Shown: positions 12,776-25,133 of the stretch, in pieces | How the letters are laid out: every line of letters starts with the position of its first letter | Numbering within the stretch: the stretch's first letter is position 1 | Assembly: GCF_964188315.1 (NCBI RefSeq) | Contig: NC_135667.1 | Coordinates: 10,416,001 to 10,480,000 of the forward strand | Direction of reading: 5' to 3' | Source of the DNA: Podarcis muralis | Taxonomy: Eukaryota | DNA length: 64,000 nt | Translations under genes and position numbers: made by a program | The notes under the pieces: generated by a model | The model's database searches: none | Seen by the model: the letters and a program-made list of their open reading frames with translations, nothing else | What the model was told of the DNA's origin: nothing

Positions 12776-13561
12776 ATGACAGTGGAATTTGTGGTTCTGT
12801 TGGGTCTTAGAATACATGGACTTGCTGGCTGGTATCACTTTCTGAGTCCCTACTCCGGATATGTGTAGAGTTTGCTCCTTACCTTTTTCTTCTCCTGCAT
12901 TCCCATGGGTGTCCCACATTTCTGCTCAAAGGGCTCTGTTTTTTGTCGGCCAAAGATGTCCCAAAGGCAATGGGTAAATATTTTTCCTCAGGTTCTACTC
13001 CCAAAGCCTTTTTCACAAATGAGTAATGCTGTAAAGCAGTGGAGGTTTAGGTTCAAAGTTTCCTTCTCCTAGGTGGGCTCCCTTCTTAGGTTTACGAGAC
13101 CCATCTACCCCTCATTTCCCTCTTCAGCACCTTCAGTAGCCACCTCTTTAAGCATTGAGCCCACTTTTGCTCTCATCTGCTATATCCTGTCTTTGCGTGC
13201 AGAGAAATTCCCTAACTCACTGAGGATTTGAGGCCCATTGGCTGACCTCACCCTGGTTTAGGCAGTCAGTTGAATCTGTTTTGTGGGATGTGGCTGCTGT
13301 TTCAAGCTGACAAGTTCTAGGAGCCACAGGTGAGAACTGAGTGCAGGGTGGGGATCTGAGGTAGACAAACTACCCTAGAAGGAGCATGACGTGTTCCCCG
13401 CTAGAGTTACTACCCCTCCCTAACACTCCATACACCCCTGTCATGTATTACTGTATATTTAAAGCAAGTGGAATCTTAATAGCAAAACTCTCAGCCTTTT
13501 CATTTAGAAATGGTTAATTTCAGTGGTTCAATGTTGTACATATACTGTATGAATGATTGTT

Positions 13562-13567
13562 AATAAA
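13562..13567 (+). terminator. Probable polyadenylation signal of V2R-A
   Basis: First canonical AATAAA after the stop codon; same position in the gene B flank (25820-25825). Confidence 0.45.
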
Positions 13568-15408
13568 AAGTCTCTTATCAATTACTTCGTGTAATCTGCA
13601 AATTCATCTTGAAGACAACAGAGGGTACCAGAAACAAAAAACATTGTGAAATAGTTAAGGGCTCTACATTCTTTATCTCTCCCACACAAGGCAGCTGAGG
13701 AATAGAAGAAGGAGAAGTTTAAAACAGCCATTTCCCTTGCAACAATATCTGGAGGAAAACACACTGTATATTACTAACAATAATAGGACAAGCCTTTTCC
13801 CCCTGAATTATACTTCTAACCTGTTTGAAAGAGTGGTGGCAAAGAATATCTCAAGCCAAATGGCTTCAGATAATTTTTATTAATTTTAAATTACCAGCCA
13901 ATAATAGCCTCATTAAAACAATACCAAATTATAATACTAATACTAATCACTCACATACCGATTCATATAATTTAGGTGCCCCCCCACATGCTAGATGTTT
14001 TTTTTTATTTCTGCATTCCAAAACCTTATTAATTTCTATTATATTCTGGTCAAAATAATAATCCCTTGTAAAACAACTGCAATATTAATAACTTCTATTC
14101 TATTGATGCTATAATCCAGTGTCCCCACGTCTTGATAAGGCAAGGATGCTATCCCGAATTGCTGCCACTATTCAGTTAATGTGATTGCAAACCATGTCTG
14201 ATCAGTGTTACATAGGTGGGAGAGTGATGGATACCCCAGTACTAACAAATTAGGAAGTGGGGAAAGGATGGGGCCAGCTCAACTCTAGCCATCCTGCTGA
14301 CCTTGTAGGTTCATGCCTTGCCTATGATTTTGTGATGTTACAAATATAAATACATTGGCAGATCTGGCTTCCTGTCCACCAGCTGCAGTAATAGATGCTT
14401 TTGGATTCACTATCTGCAGTGTGGATTCAGAGCATTCATCCTAGGCTGGAAAAAATGGTGAACACTGCTTTTTTACTGGAAGCCGAATCACAGGACAAAG
14501 CGATACAGCGACTTTTGGAAACTGTGGGATAACCGCTTCTCCCAGGGCATGATGGGGACCATAAACAGTTGTAGGAATGAAGGATACAGCACCATATATG
14601 GACAGGAAAATATCATGGGAGGAATTGTAGCACGCAGGAAAGAATAAGGATTACACTTAGAGTTCCTCACTTGGAACTTTATAAATTACCTAATATACCA
14701 ACACAAACAGAAATCACAAGACTGTAGCTGTTATCTAAGAGATTATTATATGTGCATGGAATGCAATGGAAATTATTAACATAGTGAAACACAGAAATAA
14801 GAAGAATGAAGCCATCAAATCTAGCACGCAAGGGGAAACATTTAATTAAATCATATAATTTGACATTTGAATAATTGGAATTCATAATTGTATTAATTAA
14901 ATAAAATTGGTATTGTTATAATGAGGTTGCTATGGGAACAATATTTTTAAATCAATAAAAATATATATTTAAAAAATAATAATAGTAATATTTTGGCAGT
15001 TTCCCTACTGCTGATGCACCATAGAATCAAAAAACACTGCACAAGTGATTCTCTCCCCTATCATTACTAAAATTATAATAATCAATCTACCTGACTGAAC
15101 CGCCAAATGCCACAGTGTAAATAAAGAATCAACAAGCAAGCCTGAGATGATTATAAGCTCCTCTGTGCTCCATAGACAACTAGGCAGGGCTCTGTTACTT
15201 ATCAGTTATAAGTTTCCCTTTTTCATATCAAACCACTGCATCTTATTTGGCATCCAAGGCATTCTGTTGTGACAGTGTTCAAGTTAAGAATAAGGTGGAT
15301 ACATGTCCCTTACAGTGCCAAATTGACAGAGTCAGCTGCCACCCAATTTCTCTTATTCAGATCAGGTGGAGGAGAGGAATAATACTGTCGAGAGAAGCAG
15401 GGGAGTCC

Positions 15409-18222
15409 ATGCACACAAGGGTATTTGCCATCAGGATGTTGCTCCTGCTGCTTCTGCTGCTCCCCAATATAGTGTCCCAAGGAAAAAGTGCTAAATGCAC
15501 AACAAATCATCCTGTTCATGTTCCACACGAGTGGTATGAGCCAGGTGACCTGGTCATTGGTGCAATGGCATCTCATATCTATTACATAGTCCACAAGGTT
15601 TCCTTCAAGAAACACCCTTCCCAGGACTTCATTGACGCCCCAATGTAAGTAACCGTTAATTAATATTATTTTAATTATTCCATATATGCTGTATCTTAAA
15701 ATAACTTTGATTGATTGGGGGGTTAGTTTTAGAACTTTATTTTTTAAACGTGTGGAGAGATTTTATTAGAAATCTCTGTGCATATAGGCTATGTGCATAT
15801 TGTAAATGAACAATAAGCTTTTTAAAAACACCAAATATGTAAAGACAGAAAAGAGAGTAGGAGAAAGAGAAAAGAGATGGCATTAAAAATAGGAAAAGCA
15901 TATAGCCAAGAAGTATGGTACTCAACTTTTTTGATGATCCCCAAATTTTCAAGGTGGCAAAAAAAACATGGGTTGCTGAAGATATGAAGAAATGTGCAAT
16001 AGCTTTTATAATTACACAGTATTCCTTGATTGCCCAAATAAGTAAATTAATTTTACTGGCTTCAGCCTCTCTTTGTAGGCAGGCAGATGAATCTCTCCTA
16101 TCTAGATTCTGTGCACTGTTTAATTTTCCCATCAAACAAAACCTCACTTCATTTGCAGGGTGTTGACAAAGTTCTACCAGCAAATCCTGGCCTTGGTGTT
16201 TGCTGTTGATGAAATCAACGAGAATCCCAGCATGTTGCCCAATGTCTCTCTCGGCTTCCACATCTATGATAGCTATTATGATTCAAAGATGACCTACCGA
16301 AACACTCTGGACCTGCTCTTTAAATCACATCACTTTGTTCCCAACTACAGGTGTGGCATCCAGAAAAATGTCGTAGGAGTCATTGGGGGACTCAGCTCTG
16401 ATACCTCCTGGTGCATGGCAAACGTCTTAGGTCTTTTCAAGATTCCACAGGTAGAATATGGATTTTGAAAAACAGAGATTTCATGCTGTCCTTGCAGTAG
16501 GAATCTACTGATTCATAAATATGGAGTGGGGAAATGAACAAAGTAAAATGGGTATAATATGCATATCCAACAATGTTTATAAGACAGGCTAATTGTGTTT
16601 AATAGATAAAACAGGAGATTTCTGTATATATAGCTGCCAGGTTTGTAAAGGAGGCACCTAGACTGGTTCATATACATCAATCTTGAAAGCACTGCACTGA
16701 CTTCCTGCGAGCTACTCAGTATATGACGTTGACATTCATTCATAAGCAAAAATTACTCAGAAGACATTAACTAAAAATGTTCCTCCCCTTAAGAATCAAG
16801 ATATTCCTTTCCCAAAGTATGATGTTAATCAACATTGTTCACTTTCAGAGGCTAATTGAAAACACTGTTTCCTTCCTATTGTTCTGGCATTTGTCATCTG
16901 TCATTTCAGAGCGTCATTTATATAGTGGTGTCAGCATTGTGCTATTCTGCTTCATTGTTGTATTTCACTTTAGTTGTTTTAACTAGTGCTGGTACATTAT
17001 TTTGCATTTTGCTGATATTTTTATTGTGCTCAGAAAACAATAACATATATAATCTTTTGGAGCTCTTCAGGATTTCCCAGGAAATCTTCCTGAGAGAGTT
17101 CTTAGAGGATAGAGAATCAACCTCTCTCTTCAAACGCTATAAAGGTTACAGAGCAAAAGTACATGAACCACCTTCACTTTGGACTTTTGTTGAGTCTTCC
17201 ATTTACTATATTAACATAAGCGATGATAAATGCTCCTCTCTACTTGGAGACAATCAGTGTATACAAGTATAAAGCTGGGATGATGCCATAATAATAACAA
17301 TAAATATCTACAGAAACCATGAGCAAAATTACCATAGTTTTCACTCCATAACACACATTTTTTTTCCTCCTAAAAAGTAAGGGGAAATGTCTGTGCGTGT
17401 TACGGAACGAATGCTTCCCTCCTCCGTGGTTTCCAGCGGGAGAAGAGCCGCTGAATGAAGAGGAGAGAGGGACAGAGTGCCTGCTTCTTTAAAGGAGCAA
17501 AGCGGGCGAGGAGAGGAGCCGCTTACACGAGTGTAAGCGGCTCCTGTCCGGTTGGCTCCTTTAAAGCAAGCAGGCTCTCTGTCCCTCCTCCCCACTCAGC
17601 TCGCTAAATTGCAGCAAAGTTTTTCAGCTCGCTAAGCCAGATGAGCTAGGGAGGAGGGAGAGAAGCAGAGCCTGCTTGCTTTAAAGGAGCAAAGCGGGAG
17701 AGGAGCCTTCTCCCCTTATACCCCTCTTCTGCATTATTAGCACACACACTTCACACACTCCACGCGTGCTACTTGTCCCTTGAGTGCTTTTCCTTCCATC
17801 CCCACTTAAAACATGGTTACAAAGCACAGATCCACATGGATCCTCAGGATTTTTGCACTGGGTCACCCCAAATTCACCATCAGATCACATAGCATGTCCA
17901 TGGCTACAGTTTGCACCAAAAAAATCACGCACCCACTGTAGCCTGGGGCCACAGTGGTGCAAAAATGTGGGTACAAACATGGATCCACATGGATCCTCAG
18001 GATTTTTGCATTGGGCTACCCCAAACTCACCGTCAGATCACATGTCTGTGGCCACAGCATGAACCACAAAAATCATACATCCACTGTTTCGTTTAGAATA
18101 TTTTGTTTCTTGTTTTCCTCCTCTAAAAACTACATGCGTGTTATGGTCGGGTGCGTGTTATCGAGCGAAAAATACGGTACCTCTGTTTTTCTATGTAATT
18201 TGGTACATTTAGGATATATATT

Positions 18223-18261
<39 letters not shown>

Positions 18262-21200
18262 CATACACAAATATTTTGGGATATCATGATCTCTTCTTTC
18301 ACTTGGAAACATTTGGCTTTTGCTTTTTCCAGATTTCATATGGTTCATTTGAACCAGCCATAAATTATGGGACCAAGTTCCCTTCCTTTTACCGCATGGT
18401 CCCCAATGAAGACCTTCAGTATCAGGGAATTATCCAGTTACTTCTGCATTTCAGATGGAAATGGGTTGGGCTCATCACTCCAGCTAATGAAGCTGGGGAA
18501 CGTTTCTTACAGACAATTGAGCCAATGCTTTTCAAGAATGGAATCTGTTCAGCATTCACAGAAAGACTTAAATTCAATATGAATTATAACAGTAACTTAA
18601 TAGAAATGATGGACATAAAGATTTTGTTACCAAGTTTCACAACCAGCAGCGCCAATGTCGTTCTTGTATATGGAGAAAGTAGATTTATTATATGGTTGTC
18701 AGTTGCTTTAAGCGCAATGGAGTTTTCTCAGTTACTATTTCCTCAAAAGAATTCACGTGAAGCAACAGTATGGATTATAACTACCCAAATTGATTTCATA
18801 TTATATAGCCTTCAAAAATTTGTTAATATAAGAAATTTCCATGGTGCTCTATCCTTTGCAATTCACTTCAAGGAGATCCACAACTTTAAAGACTTTCTTC
18901 GGAGTATACGTCCTCATTGGACAGACACAGATGGTTTTATCCAAGATTTCTGGGAAGATGCATTCAGTTGTTCACTTTCAAATTTCACTCTCTCAACATT
19001 CAGTGATAACATGTGTACTGGAGATGAGATGCTGGAGAGCCTCCCTGCACCATTTTTTGAAATGAGCATGACTGGCCACAGCTACAGTATCTATAATGCT
19101 GTCTATGCTCTGGCACATGCCTTAACTACCAAGCAGTTGGCTGGAACCATCCGCAAAAGGAGAGATGCTGGTGGACGACTCTCTCCTCAATATGCAGAAC
19201 CTTGGCAGGTATATTTTCCTACTACCTCATTGTATTCACTGCATTGCTTTATTATGTGAGTTGGCATTTAATGGTCAGTAAAGAAATAAAGCAAAAATTT
19301 ACCACCAACTAAGCGTCAATGAAGCTGTGACAACCACCTCCTCACACTGCAAACCCCTCTGTTTTCTCTCCAAATCCCTCCGCAATTGTCCCTGTCTCTC
19401 TTACCTGTCCAGTTACCCAGTGGTGTAAGGTTGGGGGCCTGGGGCCCATGGCCCCGGGCACATAATTCTGAGGGATCACAACCAGGACCCCAACCCCAGG
19501 CATTGGTTTCTGTGGGGATCCTCATCCTGTCCTAGAGAAAACAGAAGAGCAGTCAATCAGGGAGCTGCCGCTGCTTGGCCACATCCTGGAAGGCCCTTCC
19601 CCAACTCCTCATCCTTCCCTGTCTGCCCACCGCCAGTGGTATCAGGGCCCTAAAGCCAATCTAGGCCCCACCACTTACTCCTCAGAACACGCTGTTTGAT
19701 CACTGACCCTAGACCCTCCTTCTCTCCATCTCCAATGGTTTCTTTAAATGTAAGGGTTCATCATTGTTCCACCCAATGTGTATGTCTTTAAGGGGCCAGA
19801 GCAAGGGCCAGAGCAAAATAACGAGACCCAGCTTTACAGCTGTGAAACATAGCAGGTGCTGCTGAGTTGTGTTGATTAGGCTGTGTCAGCAATTGGGTGT
19901 AGTATATAAGGAGCAGGACCTAGCTCTGCCATTACCCTGGGGGGTGGGTTGGTGGTTGGGTCTGGTTTGTTGTTGATGTATTTAGTGTATAAGGAGTTTT
20001 CATTTTTGTAACTAAAACCTCGTTTGAGTTATTTTTGGGTCCCTTTTTAATGCATGGTCTCCCCAGCAAGCTCTCTGCAGCGTTGTTGTTGTTGTTGTTT
20101 AGTCGTTTAGTCGTGTCCAACTCTTCGTGACCCCATGGACCAGAGCACGCCAGGCACCTCTGTCCTCCACTACCTCCCGCAGTTTGGTCAAACTCATGCT
20201 GGTGACCTCGAAAACACTATCCAACCATCTCGTCCTCTGTCGCCCCCTTCTCCTTGTGCCCTCCATCTTTCCCAGCATCAGTGTCTTCTCCAGGGAGTCT
20301 TCTCTTCTCTCTGCAACGTTACTATACTGCAAATAGCCAACACTTCTCTCCATCATCCTCTTTGGCCTTTGAGCCTGGATTGCTGTCTGCCTCTACCTGC
20401 TCCCTTAACCCCATTGCCAGTTCAGTTTCTGACACCTCCTCCTCCAGTTCTTCTCCCTCTTCTGCCACTGACCACTCCTTGTCATCCCACCACCAATCCC
20501 CTGGCTCTAACCCTTCTTTCCCTGGGGGTCCCTTGGGGGTCCCCAGCTGGTGCCTCTAACCAATCCTCTGCATCCAGCCAGTCCCTAACACCAATGCTCA
20601 AGTCCACTCTATAAACTAAGGAAAGGTCCAGTCAGACGTTCTCATATTATGTTTCGAGAACATGAGCTCCCATCTCATCTCTTGCTTGACTTCTCAAATT
20701 CCTTCCATTTCTTGGGTCTTGACAAAGGCTGATCCCAAGCAAACAGACTTAACTCTCCTTCATATATCTTTATGGAAGGCTCTTTACTGTTGAATTAAGA
20801 ATGATTCATGGTTTCCCACGCCTCCTGTATGTGCAACTGAAATATTGCTCCCCATTGTGCAACTGAAATATTGCTCTCCATTGTGAACTGAAGTGTTTAA
20901 CTCCTAGACGAAAAGGATTTGATTCCATCTAGGGATGCTATCCAACAATCTTAATCAAACTATTCGAATGCTTTATAGACTTTTTGATTTTTCCTTCCAC
21001 TTAGCTCCATTCGTTCCTGCAGAGAATCTCATTCAACAACAGTGCTGGCGATGAAATTACATTAAATGAATATGGAGAGTTAGCAGCTGGCTTTGATATT
21101 ACAAACATGGTCACTTTCCCAAATAGATCATACATCAGAGTCCAAGTGGGAAGGTTGGATCCTCAGGCCCCTCCAGGCACAGAGCTCACCATTAATGACG

Positions 21201-22859
21201 ATAGAATCAAATGGCACAGACGCTTCACTAAGGTATGGAAAATAAACACAGTCCCTGAAATTCCATAATCTGTGGTTATCCAAAATATGGGATGTAACAA
21301 AAGAACTTAACATATTATAACTTTGATATTCACTATTGAAAATATTGGCTTAAAATGGATACTCCTATGATAGAGAGATACTCTGTTTGAAAGAGTGACT
21401 TTTCCTCTATGTTTGCACCTTCAGCTTCTGAGGCCCTGCCTGTTCGACTGTGTACATGATAAGATACTGCATGTCAGACTGAAATTCCCTTTATTTTTAT
21501 TTTATGCCTATAAACCATCTAGGAGAAAATGTTGTCCTATAGGAAATACTGTAAGATCTAACAGTAAATTAAAGAATGAGCCAAAATACCCCCCCAAAAA
21601 AGCAAGAGGCACAAAAGAAATCTCACACTAAGAAAGAAGAATGACTATCAGAGAGTCCAGCGTTGGCCAACATTCTTGTTTGTGGAATCCCTGAGGCAAA
21701 TCTCCAGTTAGTGGCATTAGACTGAAGACTAAGCTAGCTATATCGTTGTTTGGGCTGAGAAGGAATATTATAATGTGATTGAGTTTGTATGATGCTAATT
21801 TCAGGGTCCGTACATCTAGTGAGTTTGTATGATGCTAATTTCAGGGTTTTAAATTAAATTAAATTAAATTAAAAGACGCCTGCTTCTTGGAAGAAGGGCA
21901 ATGACAGGCCTAGACAGCATCTTGAGAAGTAGAGACGTCACCTTGCCAACAAAGGTCCGTATAGTTAAAGCCATGGTTTTCCCAGTAGTGATGTATGGAA
22001 GTGAGAGCTGGACCATAAAGAAGGTTGATCGCCGAAGAATTGATGCTTTTGAATTATGGTGCTGGAAAAGACTCTTGAGAGTCCCATGGACTGCAAGAAG
22101 ATCAAACACATTCATTCTTAAGGAAATCAGCCCTGAGTGCTCACTGGAAGGACAGGTCGTAAAGCTGAGGCTCCAGTACTTTGGCCACCTCATGAGAAGA
22201 GAAGACTCCCTGGAGAAGACACTGATGCTGGGAAAGATGGAGGGCACAAGGAGAAGGGGGCGACAGAGGACGAGATGGTTGGATAGTGTTTTCGAGGTTA
22301 CCCGCATGAGTTTGACCAAACTGCGGGAGGTAGTGGAGGACAGAGGTGTCTGGCGTGCTCTGGTCCATGGGGTCACGAAGAGTCGGACACGACTAAACGA
22401 CTAAACAACAACAACAATTTCAGGGTCTGTAGCTGGTGAATAGGTCTACGGTGGGTGCAAGCCCTTCTAGCCACAGAAGCCACTTAAGACTTTAGTAGAG
22501 AAGAAGAAGAAGAAGAAGAGTTTGGATTTGATATCCCGCCTTTCACTCCCTTTAAGGGAGTGAGTTAGAATCAAGGAGTGTTCCCAGACTTAAGAACTTC
22601 TGGCTTCAGAGAGACTGCAACCACTCCCAGAAGAGGTCAGGCATAGGAAATACCCACCCAAAGCATTTCTTTCTGATAAAGAGTCTGCCCCCATACAATC
22701 CATGACTTTCTCCAGACACCTGTCCAGCAACTTCACCACCTCCTCGCTATCCAATGGAATGGAGAGATGGAGCTACAATTCATCAACATACAGATGACAC
22801 CATGTGCCAGATCCTAGAATATTATTCTGAAGAGTTTCATACATATGATAAATTAGTAA

Positions 22860-22903
<44 letters not shown>

Positions 22904-25133
22904 CCCCGCCCATCAGGCTGGGTTTCCCAAGCCACTCTGGGCAGCTCCCAACAAAGTGTTAATAATGATAATAATAATAAATTGATAAAACATCAAACAT
23001 TTAAAACTTCCCTAAACAGGGCTGCCTTCAGATGTCTTCTAAAAGTCAAATAGTTGTTTAAATAGTATAAAATAAATAAATAGTATAAAAGACAGAATGG
23101 GTCCTAATGGGACCCCAAAGCCCAAAAGCCATGGAGTGGTTCCCTAGTACTAGTTTCTCAGAGTGACCTTGCAGGTAGGAACAGAACCACTGTAATGGGG
23201 TACGTTTAGTTGCCATCTCCTTGAGTCACTACAATAAAAGCCTTAAAGAAAATGCAGTTAGGTTGTGAGGTGAGAGTAGACTGAATTCTGGTGCAGCTCA
23301 AAAGGTGGATGGTCTAGGTATGAATATTGAAGTCTTGTTGAGTTTGTATAATGCTTAGAGGAGCAGCTCTTTACCACACCTCTGCACATATGGATGATAT
23401 ATTTCACACTATTAGTCCTTCTATTTACTGTTAAATCACCTGATCTTGGAGATTAGATAAATCCCCTAAAACATTTATCTCTTCCTACCTCTTTGGATAG
23501 GTGCCACCCCCTTCTGTATGTAATGACATCTGCCATTCTGGATACGGGAAGAAAAAGAAGGAGGGGAAGAAGTTTTGCTGCTATGATTGTGATCCATGTC
23601 CAGAAGGAATGATCTCAAATGAGAAAGGTGGACAATGTCATCTTAAGACAATACCAAACAATGCAATTTATTTTAGTAAGGTCTGGGCTCACTGGCAATT
23701 CCGTGGTTATTAAACCACTGGAGAAGGACAGGTTTAAAGCAAATTGATGTGTTGATCTCATTTTTTATAGATAACTTCAATGTAACCTTATATTTCAAAT
23801 GGCTTGAAGACAAATATTTAAATTGTAGGCAATATATTTCACCTCCAACTTCTGTAAAGTTAGGGGGGAATAGAAGTGGTGTTTTCTCCTCTAAGACTTA
23901 GGTTGTTTCATGAGAGGGTGAAAATTAAATCAAACTCACCTTTCTGGGCTTCAAAGATTTCAGCTGTAATGTATTTCTCCTTTTGCTGTGCAGTATATGT
24001 GGTTCTAAGAAAAAGTAAGGAGGGCAATAAAAACAGATGTCCTTCATGTAAAAAATTCAGATTTCATACATGAAATTTATTGTTGATGCATCAAGAGGGA
24101 AGGCATTTGGGCTGGAAGTTCAGAAACATTTTCAGATAGAAAACACTATGCTAGATGGACTAATGATGAGAAAATTCTTAAGATTAGTTGTGGTTACTTC
24201 AAATTGTCACACACTGTTTGTTTGTTTTCAGACATGGAAACATGTATCAGTTGCCCAGCAGATCAATACTCAAACAGTGGCCAGGATCTATGCATTCCCA
24301 AGACTCCAAATTTCCTAGCCTTTGATGAAACCTTGGCCATTGTTTCAACTTCCTCTGTGCTTCTATTCTCTCTGATCACAATTTTGGTGCTTGGCATCTT
24401 CATTAAGCATCGTGATACAGCCATAGTCAAAGCCAACAACCGAAGCCTCACCTATGGTCTCCTTATCTCCCTCCTCTTGTGTTTCCTCTCTTCTTTGTTG
24501 TTTATTGGAAAACCTAATAAGGTGACTTGCCTACTCCGACAAACTGCTTTTGGCATTGTCTTCTCTATAGCCCTCTCCAGCATCTTAGCCAAAACCATAT
24601 TGGTGGTTTTGGCATTCATGGCTACCAAACCAGGATCCAATATGAGGAAATGGGTAGGCAAAGAACTGGCTTATTCCATTGTCTTTTCCTGCTCCCTTCT
24701 TCAAGTTGGGATCTGTGTCCTCTGGCTGGCAACCTCTCCCCCATTCCCAGATGTGGACATGCACTCAATGCCTGAAGAAATCATATTTCTTTGCAATGAA
24801 GGGTCAGTCTCCATGTTCTATTGTGTTTTGGGCTACATGGGCTTCCTTGCTATAGTCAGCTTCACGGTGGCCTTCTTGGCCAGGAAGTTGCCTGACACTT
24901 TCAACGAAGCCAAGTTCATCACCTTCAGCATGCTGGTCTTCTGCAGTGTTTGGCTCTCCTTCATTCCAACCTACCTGAGCACCAGAGGAAAATACATGGT
25001 GGCTGTGGAGATCTTCTCCATTTTTGCTTCTGGTGCTGGGTTACTGGCTTGCATTTTCCCCCCTAAATGCTACATTATTGTGGTGAGGCCTGACCTGAAC
25101 AACAGAGAGCAGCTAACACAAAGGAAGTTATAA
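15409..25133 (+). CDS. Vomeronasal type-2 receptor (V2R-B), complete, 886 aa predicted
   Basis: Exons 15409-15644, 16159-16450, 18333-19208, 21005-21232, 23501-23627, 24232-25133 (2661 nt, open frame); Leu-rich signal peptide; alternative start ATG at 15436. Confidence 0.95.
17332..18177. mobile_element. Non-autonomous Tc1/mariner-superfamily (Tc2-like) DNA transposon in V2R-B intron 2
   Basis: Imperfect TIRs ccatagttttcactccataacac / gtgttatcgagcgaaaaatacgg, TA duplication, empty site gagcaaaatta|tctctg in gene C. Confidence 0.8.
18225..18260. repeat. (GT)18 microsatellite
   Basis: Direct reading. Confidence 0.95.
19734..20342 (+). mobile_element. Second copy of the solo-LTR family, lacking the 5' TGTTG, in V2R-B intron 3, with nested Bov-B
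   Basis: Colinear with 6423-7133, ends CAACA; flanked by direct repeat cttctctccatc (19719-19730, 20343-20354). Confidence 0.75.
20083..20306 (-). mobile_element. Bov-B (RTE clade) 3' fragment
   Basis: [28 protein letters not shown]...RLND; (CAA)n tail; 12-bp TSD ctctctgca(g/a)cg. Confidence 0.92.
21848..22415 (+). mobile_element. Bov-B (RTE clade) 3' fragment
   Basis: ORF 21901-22404 is the Bov-B RT C-terminus ([21 protein letters not shown]); (CAA)n tail; 11-bp TSD aatttcagggt at 21837-21847 and 22416-22426. Confidence 0.93.
22498..22561 (-). mobile_element. 3' tail fragment of the CORE-type SINE
   Basis: Reverse complement of gcgggatatcaaatccaaactc(ttc)n seen at 7438-7494; absent in gene C. 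Confidence 0.7.
22854..23048 (-). mobile_element. L2 3' fragment with (TAG)n tail
   Basis: taccccgcccatcaggctggg...gggctgccttcagatgtcttctaaaag resembles a reversed L2 3' end; (TAG)n at about 22860-22902; absent in gene C. Confidence 0.6.

Noticed and set aside
14919-14925. TAATGAG upstream of V2R-B and V2R-C (26916-26922) as a shared OR-type site
   Set aside because: Lies in a long, uniformly similar duplicated AT-rich region, so there is no evidence of selective conservation and no adjacent O/E-like site.
15737-16261. 174-aa minus-strand ORF and its paralog 438-626
   Set aside because: Antisense shadow of V2R exon 2 running into AT-rich intron; no domain; open length not conserved among paralogs.
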